A DNA stretch of 48,574 nt from a virus (Duplodnaviria; Heunggongvirae; Uroviricota; Caudoviricetes), in the IMG/VR virus record IMGVR_UViG_2734482555_000011; one strand, given 5' to 3'. Position numbers and translations under genes: made by a program. Below, piece after piece: positions 9,796 through 19,156 of this stretch. Each line of letters begins with the position of its first letter. Position 1 is the first letter of the stretch. Under the pieces are notes generated by a model. The model saw only the letters and a list, made by a program, of their open reading frames with translations. It did not search any database and was not told where the DNA came from.

Positions 9796-10542
9796 ATGAA
9801 AAATATTGCGACAGGCGACGTTCTTGAACGTATCCGCAGACTGGCCCCGTCACATGTAACCGCGCCATTCAAGACGGTAGCGGAGTGGCGCGAGTGGCAA
9901 CTTTCCGAAGGCCAGAAACGTTGTGAGGAGATCAACCGTCAGAATCGTCAGTTGCGGGTGGAAAAAATTCTGAATCGCTCTGGCATCCAGCCATTGCACC
10001 GCAAATGCTCGTTTTCGAATTACCAGGTGCAGAACGAAGCGCAGCGATACGCGTTGAGTCAGGCGAAATCCATCGCTGATGAACTGATGACCGGGTGTAC
10101 AAATTTTGCGTTCAGCGGAAAACCTGGTACCGGGAAGAACCACTTAGCGGCAGCTATCGGGAATCGCCTGCTGAAAGACGGTCAGACAGTGATTGTGGTT
10201 ACCGTGGCTGATGTTATGAGTGCCCTGCACGCCAGCTATGACGATGGGCAGTCAGGCGAAAAATTTTTGCGGGAACTATGCGAAGTGGATCTGCTGGTTC
10301 TTGATGAAATTGGCATTCAGCGCGAGACGAAAAACGAGCAGGTGGTGCTGCACCAGATTGTTGATCGCCGGACAGCGTCGATGCGCAGCGTGGGGATGCT
10401 GACAAACCTGAACTATGAGGCCATGAAAACATTGCTCGGCGAGCGGATTATGGATCGCATGACCATGAACGGCGGGCGATGGGTGAATTTTAACTGGGAG
10501 AGCTGGCGTCCGAATGTCGTCCAGCCAGGAATTGAGAAGTAA
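9796..10542 (+). CDS. ydaV: DnaC-like helicase loader / replication protein YdaV
   Basis: 248-aa ORF with Walker A motif [15 protein letters not shown] and Walker B-like LLVLDEIG; length as recalled for YdaV. Confidence 0.85.
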   Translation: MKNIATGDVLERIRRLAPSHVTAPFKTVAEWREWQLSEGQKRCEEINRQNRQLRVEKILNRSGIQPLHRKCSFSNYQVQNEAQRYALSQAKSIADELMTGCTNFAFSGKPGTGKNHLAAAIGNRLLKDGQTVIVVTVADVMSALHASYDDGQSGEKFLRELCEVDLLVLDEIGIQRETKNEQVVLHQIVDRRTASMRSVGMLTNLNYEAMKTLLGERIMDRMTMNGGRWVNFNWESWRPNVVQPGIEK

Positions 10543-10564
10543 TTTTTACCGGGAGGAAATTTTT

Positions 10565-11326
10565 ATGGAGACTGTTTTTGACGCACTGAAAGCAATGGGA
10601 AAAGCCACATCCATAGAACTTGCTGCGCGACTTGATATCAGTCGTGAAGAAGTGCTGAACGAACTATGGGAACTGAAAAAAGCTGGTTTCGTTGATAAAA
10701 GCGCGTACACCTGGCGTGTGGCTGATAACAACGTTCAGCAGGAACAGCCAATGCAGGCAGAACTGCCGGAAGAAACCACCACGGCAACTGTAGTGAAAAT
10801 CTCAGAGTGCGATTTAACCGCGACGATTGAACAACGCGGACCACAAACGGCGGATGAACTGGCTACGCTGTTCGGTACAACATCCCGCAAAGTTGCTTCA
10901 ACGCTGGCAATGGCAATCAGCAAAGGACGCCTGATTCGCGTAAACCAGAACAGTAAATTTCGTTACTGCATGCCGGGCGATAATTTACCAGCAGAGCCGA
11001 AAGCTGCATCGGTAGCGGAAACTGATGGTAAAGCCTTTCCTCAGCCAGCCGGTGTTGCGTTACCAGTACAGGAAGCGGCAACACAGGAAGATATTAAAAC
11101 AGAAACTGTGGCGGACATTGTGCAGTCGCTGCCATCGTTTACTGAAACGCAAGCGGATGACCTAGTTTTACCATCGCTGCATATGGCAAACCGCGAACTG
11201 CGTCGGGCGAAAAATCATGTCCAGAAGTGGGAGCGAGTCTGCGCCGCGCTGCGGGAGCTGAACAAGCACCGGGATATTGTCCGACAGATTGTCGATTCCT
11301 CCAGTCGTATTGTGTCGGAAAAGTGA
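10565..11326 (+). CDS. YdaW-like protein, apparently full length
   Basis: Track ORF 10514..11326; likely start [13 protein letters not shown]... Position after ydaV corresponds to ydaW, which I recall as a truncated pseudogene in K-12. Confidence 0.55.
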   Translation: METVFDALKAMGKATSIELAARLDISREEVLNELWELKKAGFVDKSAYTWRVADNNVQQEQPMQAELPEETTTATVVKISECDLTATIEQRGPQTADELATLFGTTSRKVASTLAMAISKGRLIRVNQNSKFRYCMPGDNLPAEPKAASVAETDGKAFPQPAGVALPVQEAATQEDIKTETVADIVQSLPSFTETQADDLVLPSLHMANRELRRAKNHVQKWERVCAALRELNKHRDIVRQIVDSSSRIVSEK

Positions 11327-11341
11327 TTGCCGGAGGCGCTT

Positions 11342-11758
11342 ATGGCAAAAGTTTTTACACAGGAAGAGCGTGAAAAAATTAAGGAGCAGGTTGTTGAGTT
11401 GGTACGCCAGAGTGGGCGCGAGACGTTAAGGCAACTGGAGGCCAAGACAGGTGCGACAAGATATCTGATGAGCATTCTTGCCAGAGAGTTGGTTGCCAGT
11501 GGCGATGTATACAACTCTGGCTATGGGTTATTCCCGTCTGAACAGGCTCGTAAGGATTGGAAAAACGCCCGCAAAAAACTATCCAGGGCAAAGGTGAAAA
11601 AAACGGTTGTGGTTGATCCTGACCTTATCTGGTCATTACCAGACGGAGAAATACGCCGCTATGACAGGCGTCAGAACATAATCTGTCGCGAGTGCCGGAA
11701 GAGTGAAGTTATGAAACGTGTACTGGCATTTTATCAAGGAAATCTTCGGTATTTATAG
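11342..11758 (+). CDS. Hypothetical phage protein
   Basis: Track ORF 11327..11758; ATG at 11342 follows GGAGG with a 5-nt spacer. Contains a CxxC pair (CRECRK). Base composition looks backbone-like rather than island-like. Confidence 0.5.
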   Translation: MAKVFTQEEREKIKEQVVELVRQSGRETLRQLEAKTGATRYLMSILARELVASGDVYNSGYGLFPSEQARKDWKNARKKLSRAKVKKTVVVDPDLIWSLPDGEIRRYDRRQNIICRECRKSEVMKRVLAFYQGNLRYL

Positions 11759-11896
11759 ACGTTACTAGATCAAAGAGCATTAGTTCATATGTAAATTGAC
11801 ATTTTTCTGGCACAGGGGAGAGCTAGCGTGGTTGTCCGCTTTGTGCCAATAGCGGACATTGCTGGCTCATGGTATGTTAGTTTAAGGAGGCAGGTT

Positions 11897-12919
11897 ATGC
11901 CCTGTATTTCGCTGTGGTATAATAGTTGCGCAATTGATACAAGGGAGCGTTACATCGTGAAAATTGTTTTCGAGGTTAATGGAAAGAAAGTTCCACTAAA
12001 ATCTTTAAAATACATAAGCAAAAAAGATCAACTCGAAGTAATGAAAAACTGGTTCTTTGAAAACTTTGAAGATCCGGCAAATGCTTGTCCGTATGAAAGT
12101 AGAGAAGGTGGCTATGCTTACATATATGGCGGGCCGTATGATGCGAGCGAAGAACTACAATCCATCTTCGGTCAATATGTTAAATCTGAGTATATTGAGG
12201 AATTAGTAGATGAATTACAAACACAATGTTTTGACTGGTCTGGAAACTCAAATAATATAGATGATTGGTACGATGATGATATCTACGACGCTGTAACGTC
12301 TTCCGGTAATCCGTATTTAAAATTCATTGATAATATCGATAAAATAAAAAAACTTGCAAAAGATAAAACTGAACAACAGCAAAAAAACCACTTGCTTAGT
12401 TTGCTCTACACGAATGTTATTACAGCTTTGGAAACGCTTTATGTTGAGCTATTCATTAATTCTATAGAGAAAGATGATGTCTACATAGCCAATTGTATAG
12501 AAAAAGGTAAGACTGAATTTAAAGTAAGCAAAGATATTGCTGCGTTGCCTTTCAAGGGTGAACCCATCGAGAAAATTAGGGGAGAGCTAATCAGGTCAAT
12601 CAAGGAACACTTGATCAGTGCAAGCTGGCATAGCACTAAAAAGGTAATCGACCGCTATGAAGCTACATTCGATATAAAAGTACAAAAAGACTGTCCGATA
12701 GAAGCTATTGAATTGGCAACCCTCAATCGAAATCACTTAGTGCATCGTGGTGGAAAGGATAAAGAAGGGAACCTCGTAGTGATTACAGACCAGGATCTTG
12801 AAACGCTGATTGAAAATGCATCGAACCTGGCAATTATGCTCTACAACAGTTTAAATGTAGCAACGAATAAAACCACCATTTTGCAACCAGATGACAAACC
12901 GTTCATTCATGAATTTTAA
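11897..12919 (+). CDS. Accessory protein with C-terminal R-x4-H (HEPN-like) motif; candidate abortive-infection effector
   Basis: Track ORF 11828..12919, visibly AT-rich. ATG at 11897 follows AAGGAGG with a 6-nt spacer; alternative GTG at 11957 follows AAGGGAG. C-terminal region has LATLNRNHLVHRGG (RNxLxH pattern). Fold assignment is inference. Confidence 0.55.
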   Translation: MPCISLWYNSCAIDTRERYIVKIVFEVNGKKVPLKSLKYISKKDQLEVMKNWFFENFEDPANACPYESREGGYAYIYGGPYDASEELQSIFGQYVKSEYIEELVDELQTQCFDWSGNSNNIDDWYDDDIYDAVTSSGNPYLKFIDNIDKIKKLAKDKTEQQQKNHLLSLLYTNVITALETLYVELFINSIEKDDVYIANCIEKGKTEFKVSKDIAALPFKGEPIEKIRGELIRSIKEHLISASWHSTKKVIDRYEATFDIKVQKDCPIEAIELATLNRNHLVHRGGKDKEGNLVVITDQDLETLIENASNLAIMLYNSLNVATNKTTILQPDDKPFIHEF

Positions 12920-12934
12920 TAGCGCAGGTCATAC

Positions 12935-13936
12935 ATGGATATTCGCACACGAAAGACAAAATTTTTAGAGTCGTTAGATTCAACTGAAGTGATACGCAAA
13001 GCAGTAAGTCTCGCTATAGATTGCATTATTGATAATCATAATAGTAATGAAGATACCCCCTTAGTTATTACCAGCTATGATGATCTCTGTAGAATCCAGG
13101 TGCTAAATTATGTACAGGAGTTTTGCGAAGCTGCATTCCCTGATATGGATGAATATTACTTTAGTCCTAACATACTTCGCATCAACGGCAAGACTAGTGA
13201 AGAAGCTTGTATTAACTTAATTAAACTCTTAAGAAGTACAAAAGGCATGCTATTCTGGTCCGATGCCCCATCGTGGTTCGCTAGCCTCCCCGACGGATTA
13301 TTCCATGTTGTTAACATTGATCAAAAAATCGTTACTCGCGGCCTTAATAAGAAAAACTCTAAGCCGACAATAATCAATAAAGATTACAGTGTAGATACAC
13401 TACTATCAGAGCTATTTTTGAATGGCGCACACATGGAGCAACCCAACGTACACAACGTTTCTGAGGGAAACATGAAGTTCTATGATGAATGCCATGCTGG
13501 ATTAATCAGACCAATACCCGCTCCAATAGGCGCGTCATACGATGAAGAGATCACAATTAATTCTCCAGATTGGCAAAAGCTCGCGTGTGTAGCTTTACGC
13601 CGCTATCAGTCGAAGGAATGTCATGACGGAATGCAATGGGATACAACCGATCATGGTTGGACTGATGTAATCGCGTATCCATTCGTCGAAGAAATACAAT
13701 CAATGGATAATAGTGGTTATCGACAATGTTTAGTTGGGCTGGTCACAATAAACAATTCAAATGCAAATTCTCCGTACCTATCTACCGTTTGGATACATCC
13801 ATTTTATCGCAGGAGAGGGTTATTAAGTAAGTTATGGCCAAAATTACAAGAGTTATATGGAAGTAACTTCGAAATTGAGCGACCTAATGAAAATATGAAA
13901 GCATTTCTGAAAAGTGCGAAACACGCAGATTACTAA
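12935..13936 (+). CDS. Accessory protein with C-terminal GNAT-like acetyltransferase motif
   Basis: 333-aa ORF starting 15 nt after the upstream gene (operon-like), AT-rich. C-terminal LSTVWIHPFYRRRGLLSKLWPKL resembles GNAT motif A; N-terminal ~200 aa unrecognised. Confidence 0.55.
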   Translation: MDIRTRKTKFLESLDSTEVIRKAVSLAIDCIIDNHNSNEDTPLVITSYDDLCRIQVLNYVQEFCEAAFPDMDEYYFSPNILRINGKTSEEACINLIKLLRSTKGMLFWSDAPSWFASLPDGLFHVVNIDQKIVTRGLNKKNSKPTIINKDYSVDTLLSELFLNGAHMEQPNVHNVSEGNMKFYDECHAGLIRPIPAPIGASYDEEITINSPDWQKLACVALRRYQSKECHDGMQWDTTDHGWTDVIAYPFVEEIQSMDNSGYRQCLVGLVTINNSNANSPYLSTVWIHPFYRRRGLLSKLWPKLQELYGSNFEIERPNENMKAFLKSAKHADY

Positions 13937-14489
13937 TTTATGAATCAGTCTGTGGAGTTAGGGTTGGTGTGAACAAGTAGGGTAAGAGCCTCAACGTGAT
14001 GCTATGCCGACCTGCTCCCTGAGAATTCACACAGAAGGCTGCTAGCAATGTCTGCAGATCGCTCAAAGCGGACTAAAATGTTGGCTTGTTTCTGACTTAG
14101 AGCATTTAAGGAAGTGCTGGTGGTGACTGGTTGTTGTGTTCCATTTCTACAGAATAAAATCACAGAAACTATACCCAATAGTTGTATTGAATCACTGACG
14201 AGACAGCCTCATATTTATCAGGACTGGTGTGCGTCTAATACAGGGGGTTGTCGTGCTGGTTCTCAAATGTGCGCTGGCTATTGCGGCTGTAATGGCAATT
14301 TATTGTCTTGCTGTTGTTCTTATGGAGCGGCTTTCTGATTGATTACATACTGGCTAGAAAAAAGGTGTTACCTTGGTTTATCTTTGTCCGGCAAGGTGCG
14401 CTCATTAATCTTAAGTAAATTTATTGCTCAAGTATTCAGATTACTTCTTATGGTTGAAGTCTCCTGTCAATGTAGAACCAATATATTTA

Positions 14490-14527
14490 CAAAAATGAGA
14501 CCCGTCGGGGATAGCCCTGCCGGGTCT
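14490..14527 (-). terminator. Intrinsic terminator for the minus-strand YeaR-like gene
   Basis: GC-rich hairpin (GACCCG 14499-14504 pairing with CGGGTC 14521-14526, inner GGGG/CCCT) followed on the minus strand by CATTTTTGT. Confidence 0.5.
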
Positions 14528-14556
14528 GACTGTTAAAGCATTTTTAATATGATCAT

Positions 14557-14895
14557 CTATTTTTTGGTGCTATAGACTTTTTCGCCCGAAAAGTCTGGAG
14601 CGACCCAAAAGTTAATATTAAACTGAGCATCATCGCTTAGTTCAACACGGTGCCAGTATTGTGGTGGGCTTGTTGCAAAAGCGCCAGCATTAATGACTAC
14701 TTTTATCTCCGGTTCAGTAGCATTCTCATCAGTAAAACCATAATATGTTACAGTGCCTTCCATTACGCACAACTGCCCAAAAACACCTGCTGCTGTATTA
14801 TGATGTGTTAATAACGCTGAAGGTACGTTCTCTTTTGTGAAGAACGGAGTTGAGCGTTTGATTACCCAATCTTTAGGAATTCTCTTGTGTGTCAT
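14557..14895 (-). CDS. YeaR-like small protein (DUF1971-type, by recollection)
   Basis: Track ORF 14557..14919; start at MTHKRIPKDWVIKRSTPFF... Pattern RSTPF...G.V.Y.G..DE...EP...AG.FA..PP..WH...FNI.F.VAP resembles E. coli YeaR as I recall it; needs HMM confirmation. Confidence 0.5.
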   Translation of the reverse strand: MTHKRIPKDWVIKRSTPFFTKENVPSALLTHHNTAAGVFGQLCVMEGTVTYYGFTDENATEPEIKVVINAGAFATSPPQYWHRVELSDDAQFNINFWVAPDFSGEKVYSTKK

Positions 14896-15708
14896 AACCA
14901 CCTCCTCCAAAACATGCATTAAAAATGCATCTTTTGGAGGGTTATGTCAAGCTGTTATGAAACACATAATTGATATGTTGATTAGAGGAGAAGATAGAAT
15001 AAATATGGTTGTTTTTCGTATAACTATTTGTTTTACTTTTAGTTTATGCATTCTGTGTGTTAGGAATAAGTTATTAAAGTTTAATCAAAAAATCTCGATG
15101 TAGTCCACATAGATTACTGTTACTGAACCTTATTGTGTGTATTAGTTGTGTTCTGAAATTTCAGCTTAATTATTTATGATGTATTTTTTAACGATAAATA
15201 TTTTCCCAGGATACCTTTACTGTGTATATAAATAAATTATATACGCATAAATAATGTAAAGGCGTCCTTTTAGATATATCTTATCAAATGTTAATGACTT
15301 GAGTGGGAAATATGATTCCAGCAACTTATCATGTGGCTACTTTATAAAAATAATGCCCATATAAAACAACAAGCGAAAAGGATTACGGATAAAAAAGGAG
15401 CGAGATGTGCGAACTTGTTATTTTCCATGTTTAACCACCTTAAATAATTGATGATGACGGGATGATTGCATCTGTAATGCTTTTATTGAAATGTTATGAT
15501 AAAAAAGAACTTTTGCATAACATTAAAATGTAATTTATCTAATCGTTTTTAATAATAAGTGTCGTATTTCTATCCTTGTACCAGCTATTTGATATGTAGT
15601 GTTTGTTCATGCTATGTGGGGCTTTACACCATAGCCAGTTTATTTATACTTTATTCGTCAGCCTGAACAACTGGCATCTGCTGCGCTGCGCCATCGAGAG
15701 ATTGAGAA

Positions 15709-16308
15709 ATGGCGCATATACAACTGGTCAAACAAACCTCTTCTGGTTTACTTCTCCCGGCGACGCCGGAGAGTTGCGATTTTCTGCATCAAATCAAAAT
15801 AGGTGAGTGGATACACGCAGACTTTAAGCGTGTGCGTAACTACGCATTCCACAAGCGTTTTTTCAAACTCCTGCAACTGGGATTCGATTACTGGACTCCG
15901 GTCGGTGGGGCGATCACGCCTCGCGAACGAGAACTGCTGTCTGGTTTCGTTGATTACCTGTGCGAATCAGTTGGTCGGGAACACACGCCAGCCCTGAGTG
16001 ATGCCGCAGAGCAATACCTTAACACCGTTGCGACTCGTAGAACCCGGGATACGGCGTTGCTAAAGTCGTTTGAGGCTTTCCGCGAGTGGGTAACCATTCA
16101 GGCCGGATTTTACACCGAGCATATTTATCCGGACGGTAGCCGTGGGCGTCGGGCAAAATCCATCGCTTTTGCGAATATGGACGAAGTCGAGTTTCAGCAG
16201 GTTTATAAATCTGTACTGAATGTGCTGTGGAACTGGATTCTGTTCCGTAAATTCTCCTCTCAGGAGGAAGTTGAAAATGTGGCCGCACAACTACTGGAGT
16301 TTGCGTAA
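15709..16308 (+). CDS. Conserved nin-region phage protein (possibly DUF1367-type)
   Basis: 199-aa ORF immediately upstream of the YbcO-like and Q-like genes; family name is from memory of lambdoid prophage annotations and is uncertain. Confidence 0.5.
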   Translation: MAHIQLVKQTSSGLLLPATPESCDFLHQIKIGEWIHADFKRVRNYAFHKRFFKLLQLGFDYWTPVGGAITPRERELLSGFVDYLCESVGREHTPALSDAAEQYLNTVATRRTRDTALLKSFEAFREWVTIQAGFYTEHIYPDGSRGRRAKSIAFANMDEVEFQQVYKSVLNVLWNWILFRKFSSQEEVENVAAQLLEFA

Positions 16309-16598
16309 TGGTGAATTTACGTAAAGCGGCTAAAGGCCAGATGTGCCAGATCAGAATCCCTGGCTACTGCAATCACAATCCCGAAACCTCTGTGCTGGCG
16401 CATTACAGGCTGGCGGGGACGTGCGGAACAGCGACAAAACCACATGATATGCAGGCGGCGATAGCCTGTAGCTCATGCCACGATCTAATCGACGGGCGGG
16501 TAAAAACCAGCGATTACACCAAAGAAGAATTGCGCCTGATGCATGCTGAAGGGGTTTTTCGCACACAAGAAATCTGGAGAAAGAAAGGTCATTTATGA
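16308..16598 (+). CDS. YbcO-like protein (putative nuclease, DUF1364-type)
   Basis: 96-aa ORF with cysteine/histidine pattern CQIRIPGYCN...ACSSCHD, resembling DLP12 YbcO as recalled. ATGA overlaps on both sides. Confidence 0.65.
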   Translation: MVNLRKAAKGQMCQIRIPGYCNHNPETSVLAHYRLAGTCGTATKPHDMQAAIACSSCHDLIDGRVKTSDYTKEELRLMHAEGVFRTQEIWRKKGHL

Positions 16599-17137
16599 TT
16601 TACCCAACGAATACAGGAAAAAGCGGAGAACACCTTCGCCTCACCACGCTGGAAAGTGTCTGGATTCAGGGAAAACTACGTATGTGGGGGCGCTGGTCGT
16701 ATATTGGCGGTGGCAGGTCAGGGAATATGTTCAATCAGTTGTTGGCATCCAAAAAACTGACGAAAACAGCCATTAATGAAGCCCTGCGCAGAATGAAAAA
16801 AGCGGGAATAGAGAAAGCTGAGCTGGAAGCGTTTTTGCGAGAGATGATCAACGGCAAGCAAAAGAGCTGGCTGGCGCATTGTACTGATGCAGAGGCGTTA
16901 TGTATTGATCGAGTCATAAGTGAGGTGCTGGCAGAGCATCCAGGATTGATTTGCATTCTCCGGCAACGCTATGAAGGGCGGGGGATGACTAAGCGCAAAA
17001 TGGCTGAATTGCTAAATGATGCACACCCAGAGTGGTGTTTTAGCACATGCGAAAAACGGATTGCTAATTGGTTAGCTGTTGCTGAGTATGCCCTATATAT
17101 TCCCATGCGTGAATCATTTGCTGAGAAAATGGCTTGA
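16595..17137 (+). CDS. Late-gene antiterminator Q (probably phage-21/82 type)
   Basis: 180-aa ORF at the Q position: last gene before intrinsic terminators and a phage-21-type lysis cassette. Assigned by position and size, not a verified alignment. Confidence 0.55.
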   Translation: MIYPTNTGKSGEHLRLTTLESVWIQGKLRMWGRWSYIGGGRSGNMFNQLLASKKLTKTAINEALRRMKKAGIEKAELEAFLREMINGKQKSWLAHCTDAEALCIDRVISEVLAEHPGLICILRQRYEGRGMTKRKMAELLNDAHPEWCFSTCEKRIANWLAVAEYALYIPMRESFAEKMA

Positions 17138-17220
17138 TTTCTTACGTATAAACTGCTTCAATTTTGCTATGCTTCGCAAAGCTGTATCGCGAGGCGGATT
17201 GCAGACATGGACATCGTAAA

Positions 17221-17244
17221 AAAACCGCTTAATGCGGTTTTTTT
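17221..17244 (+). terminator. Intrinsic terminator downstream of Q
   Basis: AAAACCGC / TTAAT loop / GCGGTTTT followed by a T-run; preceded by an A-run, so it may act in both directions. Confidence 0.6.
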
Positions 17245-17564
17245 ACGTCAGGAAAGCAGGGGAGAATGCTGCTAGTTGGGCAACTGGTCTTTCTGCTCCA
17301 AATTATAACAGAGACCAGTTATAGTTTCGGTGCTGTGTTTTTTTTACAATATTGTGATAACACATTGCTGGCGGGAGTTTTGATATTTCTTGGCAGGGGC
17401 TGATGATGCGTTATCCTGATGTCGTCAACTCATATAAAATGAGATGAGAGATCATTGCAGGGTGGTTTGTAATTCGCTGTTTAGCGGGACAATATGTTGT
17501 CTGATACAAGACACCCGACGCCTCAGATTACTATAATAAAGACGAAGCATCCTTTGTATTGACC

Positions 17565-17590
17565 AACCGCCTGTTTAGGCGGTTCTTTTT
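17565..17590 (+). terminator. Second intrinsic terminator (tR'-like candidate)
   Basis: AACCGCCT / GTTT loop / AGGCGGTT followed by CTTTTT. Confidence 0.5.
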
Positions 17591-18122
17591 GGGCTGGTTT
17601 ATTGTATGCCAAATGATTATTAAAAAGGTTGTGTTAATAACAAGATCCGAAATAATATGCCTGCATATTTTTATCTTGCTTATATTCTGCATATTGTGCA
17701 TAGCAGGCTCATCCCTGCAATCAAAACTGTATGATGAGTATTTTTTGTTTTCCTTTTTTCCAGTCATCTGATGATGACCTGCTTCTTTTTAATCCGGATC
17801 GACATCAGTTTTTTAAGATAATTCCTGCGAGTTATATGCATAAATGCCACAAACTCCGCATTTTATGTGGTTGGGAGTTGCCGGGCGCGCAGTGAGTTTG
17901 CTAAGAAAACTCCTGCATGGTGAATCCCCCTGTGCGGTGGGGTGATACCATTAACCTTTTCTGTCGCCGACAGGTATCACGAACATTTTGTTCACCGGGA
18001 GGCACCCGGCACCATGCACTTCAATAGATTCTCTCCACATTATGGATATTCTTTCAGAATATCCCACGCAGACTTTGTGTAAATGTTAACAAATGTGCGT
18101 TTTATTTGATCTGATTCGCTGT

Positions 18123-18152
18123 TTGAGCGTCCAAAACAACGGTATATATAAT
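18123..18152 (+). promoter_or_regulatory. Sigma70-like promoter for lipoprotein gene 1
   Basis: TTGAGC (18123-18128), 18-nt spacer, TATAAT (18147-18152); GAGGA then ATG at 18182 about 30 nt downstream. Confidence 0.5.
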
Positions 18153-18181
18153 CCTTTACTATATGACATATGTGAGGAAAA

Positions 18182-18610
18182 ATGGGTTTTCGTAGCGCAT
18201 CAATTCTTACGTTGATTATTAGTGGGATTATTATCGGGTGCACTGATGCTGTATCGACAAATTATCATGACCGTACATCATATTACTCCGATAAAGCAAT
18301 AGAGACACAGTATGTGAGTTCATCTGAACGTACTTCTGATGTTAGTGAGGATATCCGTCTGTATGCCCATCAAATCAAGAGCGCCATCGAAAAACAGTTC
18401 GGGGATGCGAGTAAGTATTCAGGAAAAGAGTGTACACTGAGAATGCATATGGCCCCGAATGGCCTTCTACTGGAGGTTAAAAGAGAAAGTGGAGACCTCG
18501 ATTTATGTCGTGAAGCGATGAATGCGATAAAGAATGCTGATATACCTGCCCCCCCTTCGCCGGAAGTATATAAAGTATTTCAAAATGGGGTGCTGGATTT
18601 TAAACCCTGA
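18182..18610 (+). CDS. Lipoprotein with TolA domain-III-like C-terminus
   Basis: 142 aa; signal peptide with lipobox IIGC then T at +2. C-terminal YAHQIKSAIEKQFGDASKYSGKECTLRMHMAPNGLLLEVKRESGDLDLCREAMNAIKNADIPAPPSPEVYKVFQNGVLDFKP closely resembles the TolA C-terminal domain as I recall it. Confidence 0.7.
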   Translation: MGFRSASILTLIISGIIIGCTDAVSTNYHDRTSYYSDKAIETQYVSSSERTSDVSEDIRLYAHQIKSAIEKQFGDASKYSGKECTLRMHMAPNGLLLEVKRESGDLDLCREAMNAIKNADIPAPPSPEVYKVFQNGVLDFKP

Positions 18611-18760
18611 TATTTATTGTTTTGTAATAAACGGTTTCGGCTTAGGTTTGTTCTGACACAGCTACGGCACTGAGCTAAATTTAGCGGATAGTCAGCTCTG
18701 AGCCAGTGGCGGACGTAACAACTACTATTGCTGAGATTTTAATGGATTGAGGAGCAAGAA

Positions 18761-19156
18761 GTGGGATTAAAGAAAATCGTTATGTTGACTTTTTGGGTCG
18801 GTTTTGTTGCGGGATGCACACCTTTACACCCTTCAGATTGCCACAAAACTACTGCTACAGGTAGTTGCAGTTCAGGACGCTGGGATGATCAGGATGAATG
18901 GGGGGCGCAAGCGCGGGGAATCAGAGCTGCAATTAATGCCAAACTTGATGAGCCGCATAACTGGAAAGGGAAAAAATGCAGGTTGCATATGGAATTCTCT
19001 CAGGATGGCACGGCGTTAAAAATATCTACCAGTAACGGTGATAAAGCCTATTGCGAAGCGATAAAGTCCGCAGCTCATAAAGCCAAATTTCCGGCCTTCA
19101 ACAATCCGGAAGTCTACAGAGATTTTCAGAAATCTGGCTTTGACATGCGAGGTTAG
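18761..19156 (+). CDS. Second lipoprotein with diverged TolA domain-III-like C-terminus
   Basis: 131 aa, GTG start after GAGGAG; lipobox VAGC then T at +2. C-terminal ...KKCRLHMEFSQDGTALKISTSNGDKAYCEAIKSAAHKAKFPAFNNPEVYRDFQKSGFDM shares the spacing pattern of gene 1 and TolA-III. Confidence 0.6.
   Translation: MGLKKIVMLTFWVGFVAGCTPLHPSDCHKTTATGSCSSGRWDDQDEWGAQARGIRAAINAKLDEPHNWKGKKCRLHMEFSQDGTALKISTSNGDKAYCEAIKSAAHKAKFPAFNNPEVYRDFQKSGFDMRG

Noticed and set aside
9360-10143. Minus-strand ORFs 9360..9935 and 9850..10143
   Set aside because: Antisense to the ydaU and ydaV replication genes, which have clear motifs and K-12 matching lengths.
11796-11923. Definite promoter assignment for the HEPN-like/GNAT-like cassette
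   Set aside because: TTGACA at 11796-11801 lacks a good -10 at proper spacing, and the TGgTATAAT at 11915-11923 lies downstream of the best-supported ATG (11897); the two models conflict, so I did not list a promoter feature.
14339-14536. ORF 14339..14536 (plus)
   Set aside because: Overlaps the terminator hairpin of the convergent YeaR-like gene and has no RBS; likely spurious.
17531-17771. ORFs 17531..17767 (minus) and 17559..17771 (plus) downstream of Q
   Set aside because: AT-rich region flanked by terminators; translations are low-complexity Ile/Leu/Phe-rich and overlap a terminator hairpin; more likely noncoding regulatory DNA.
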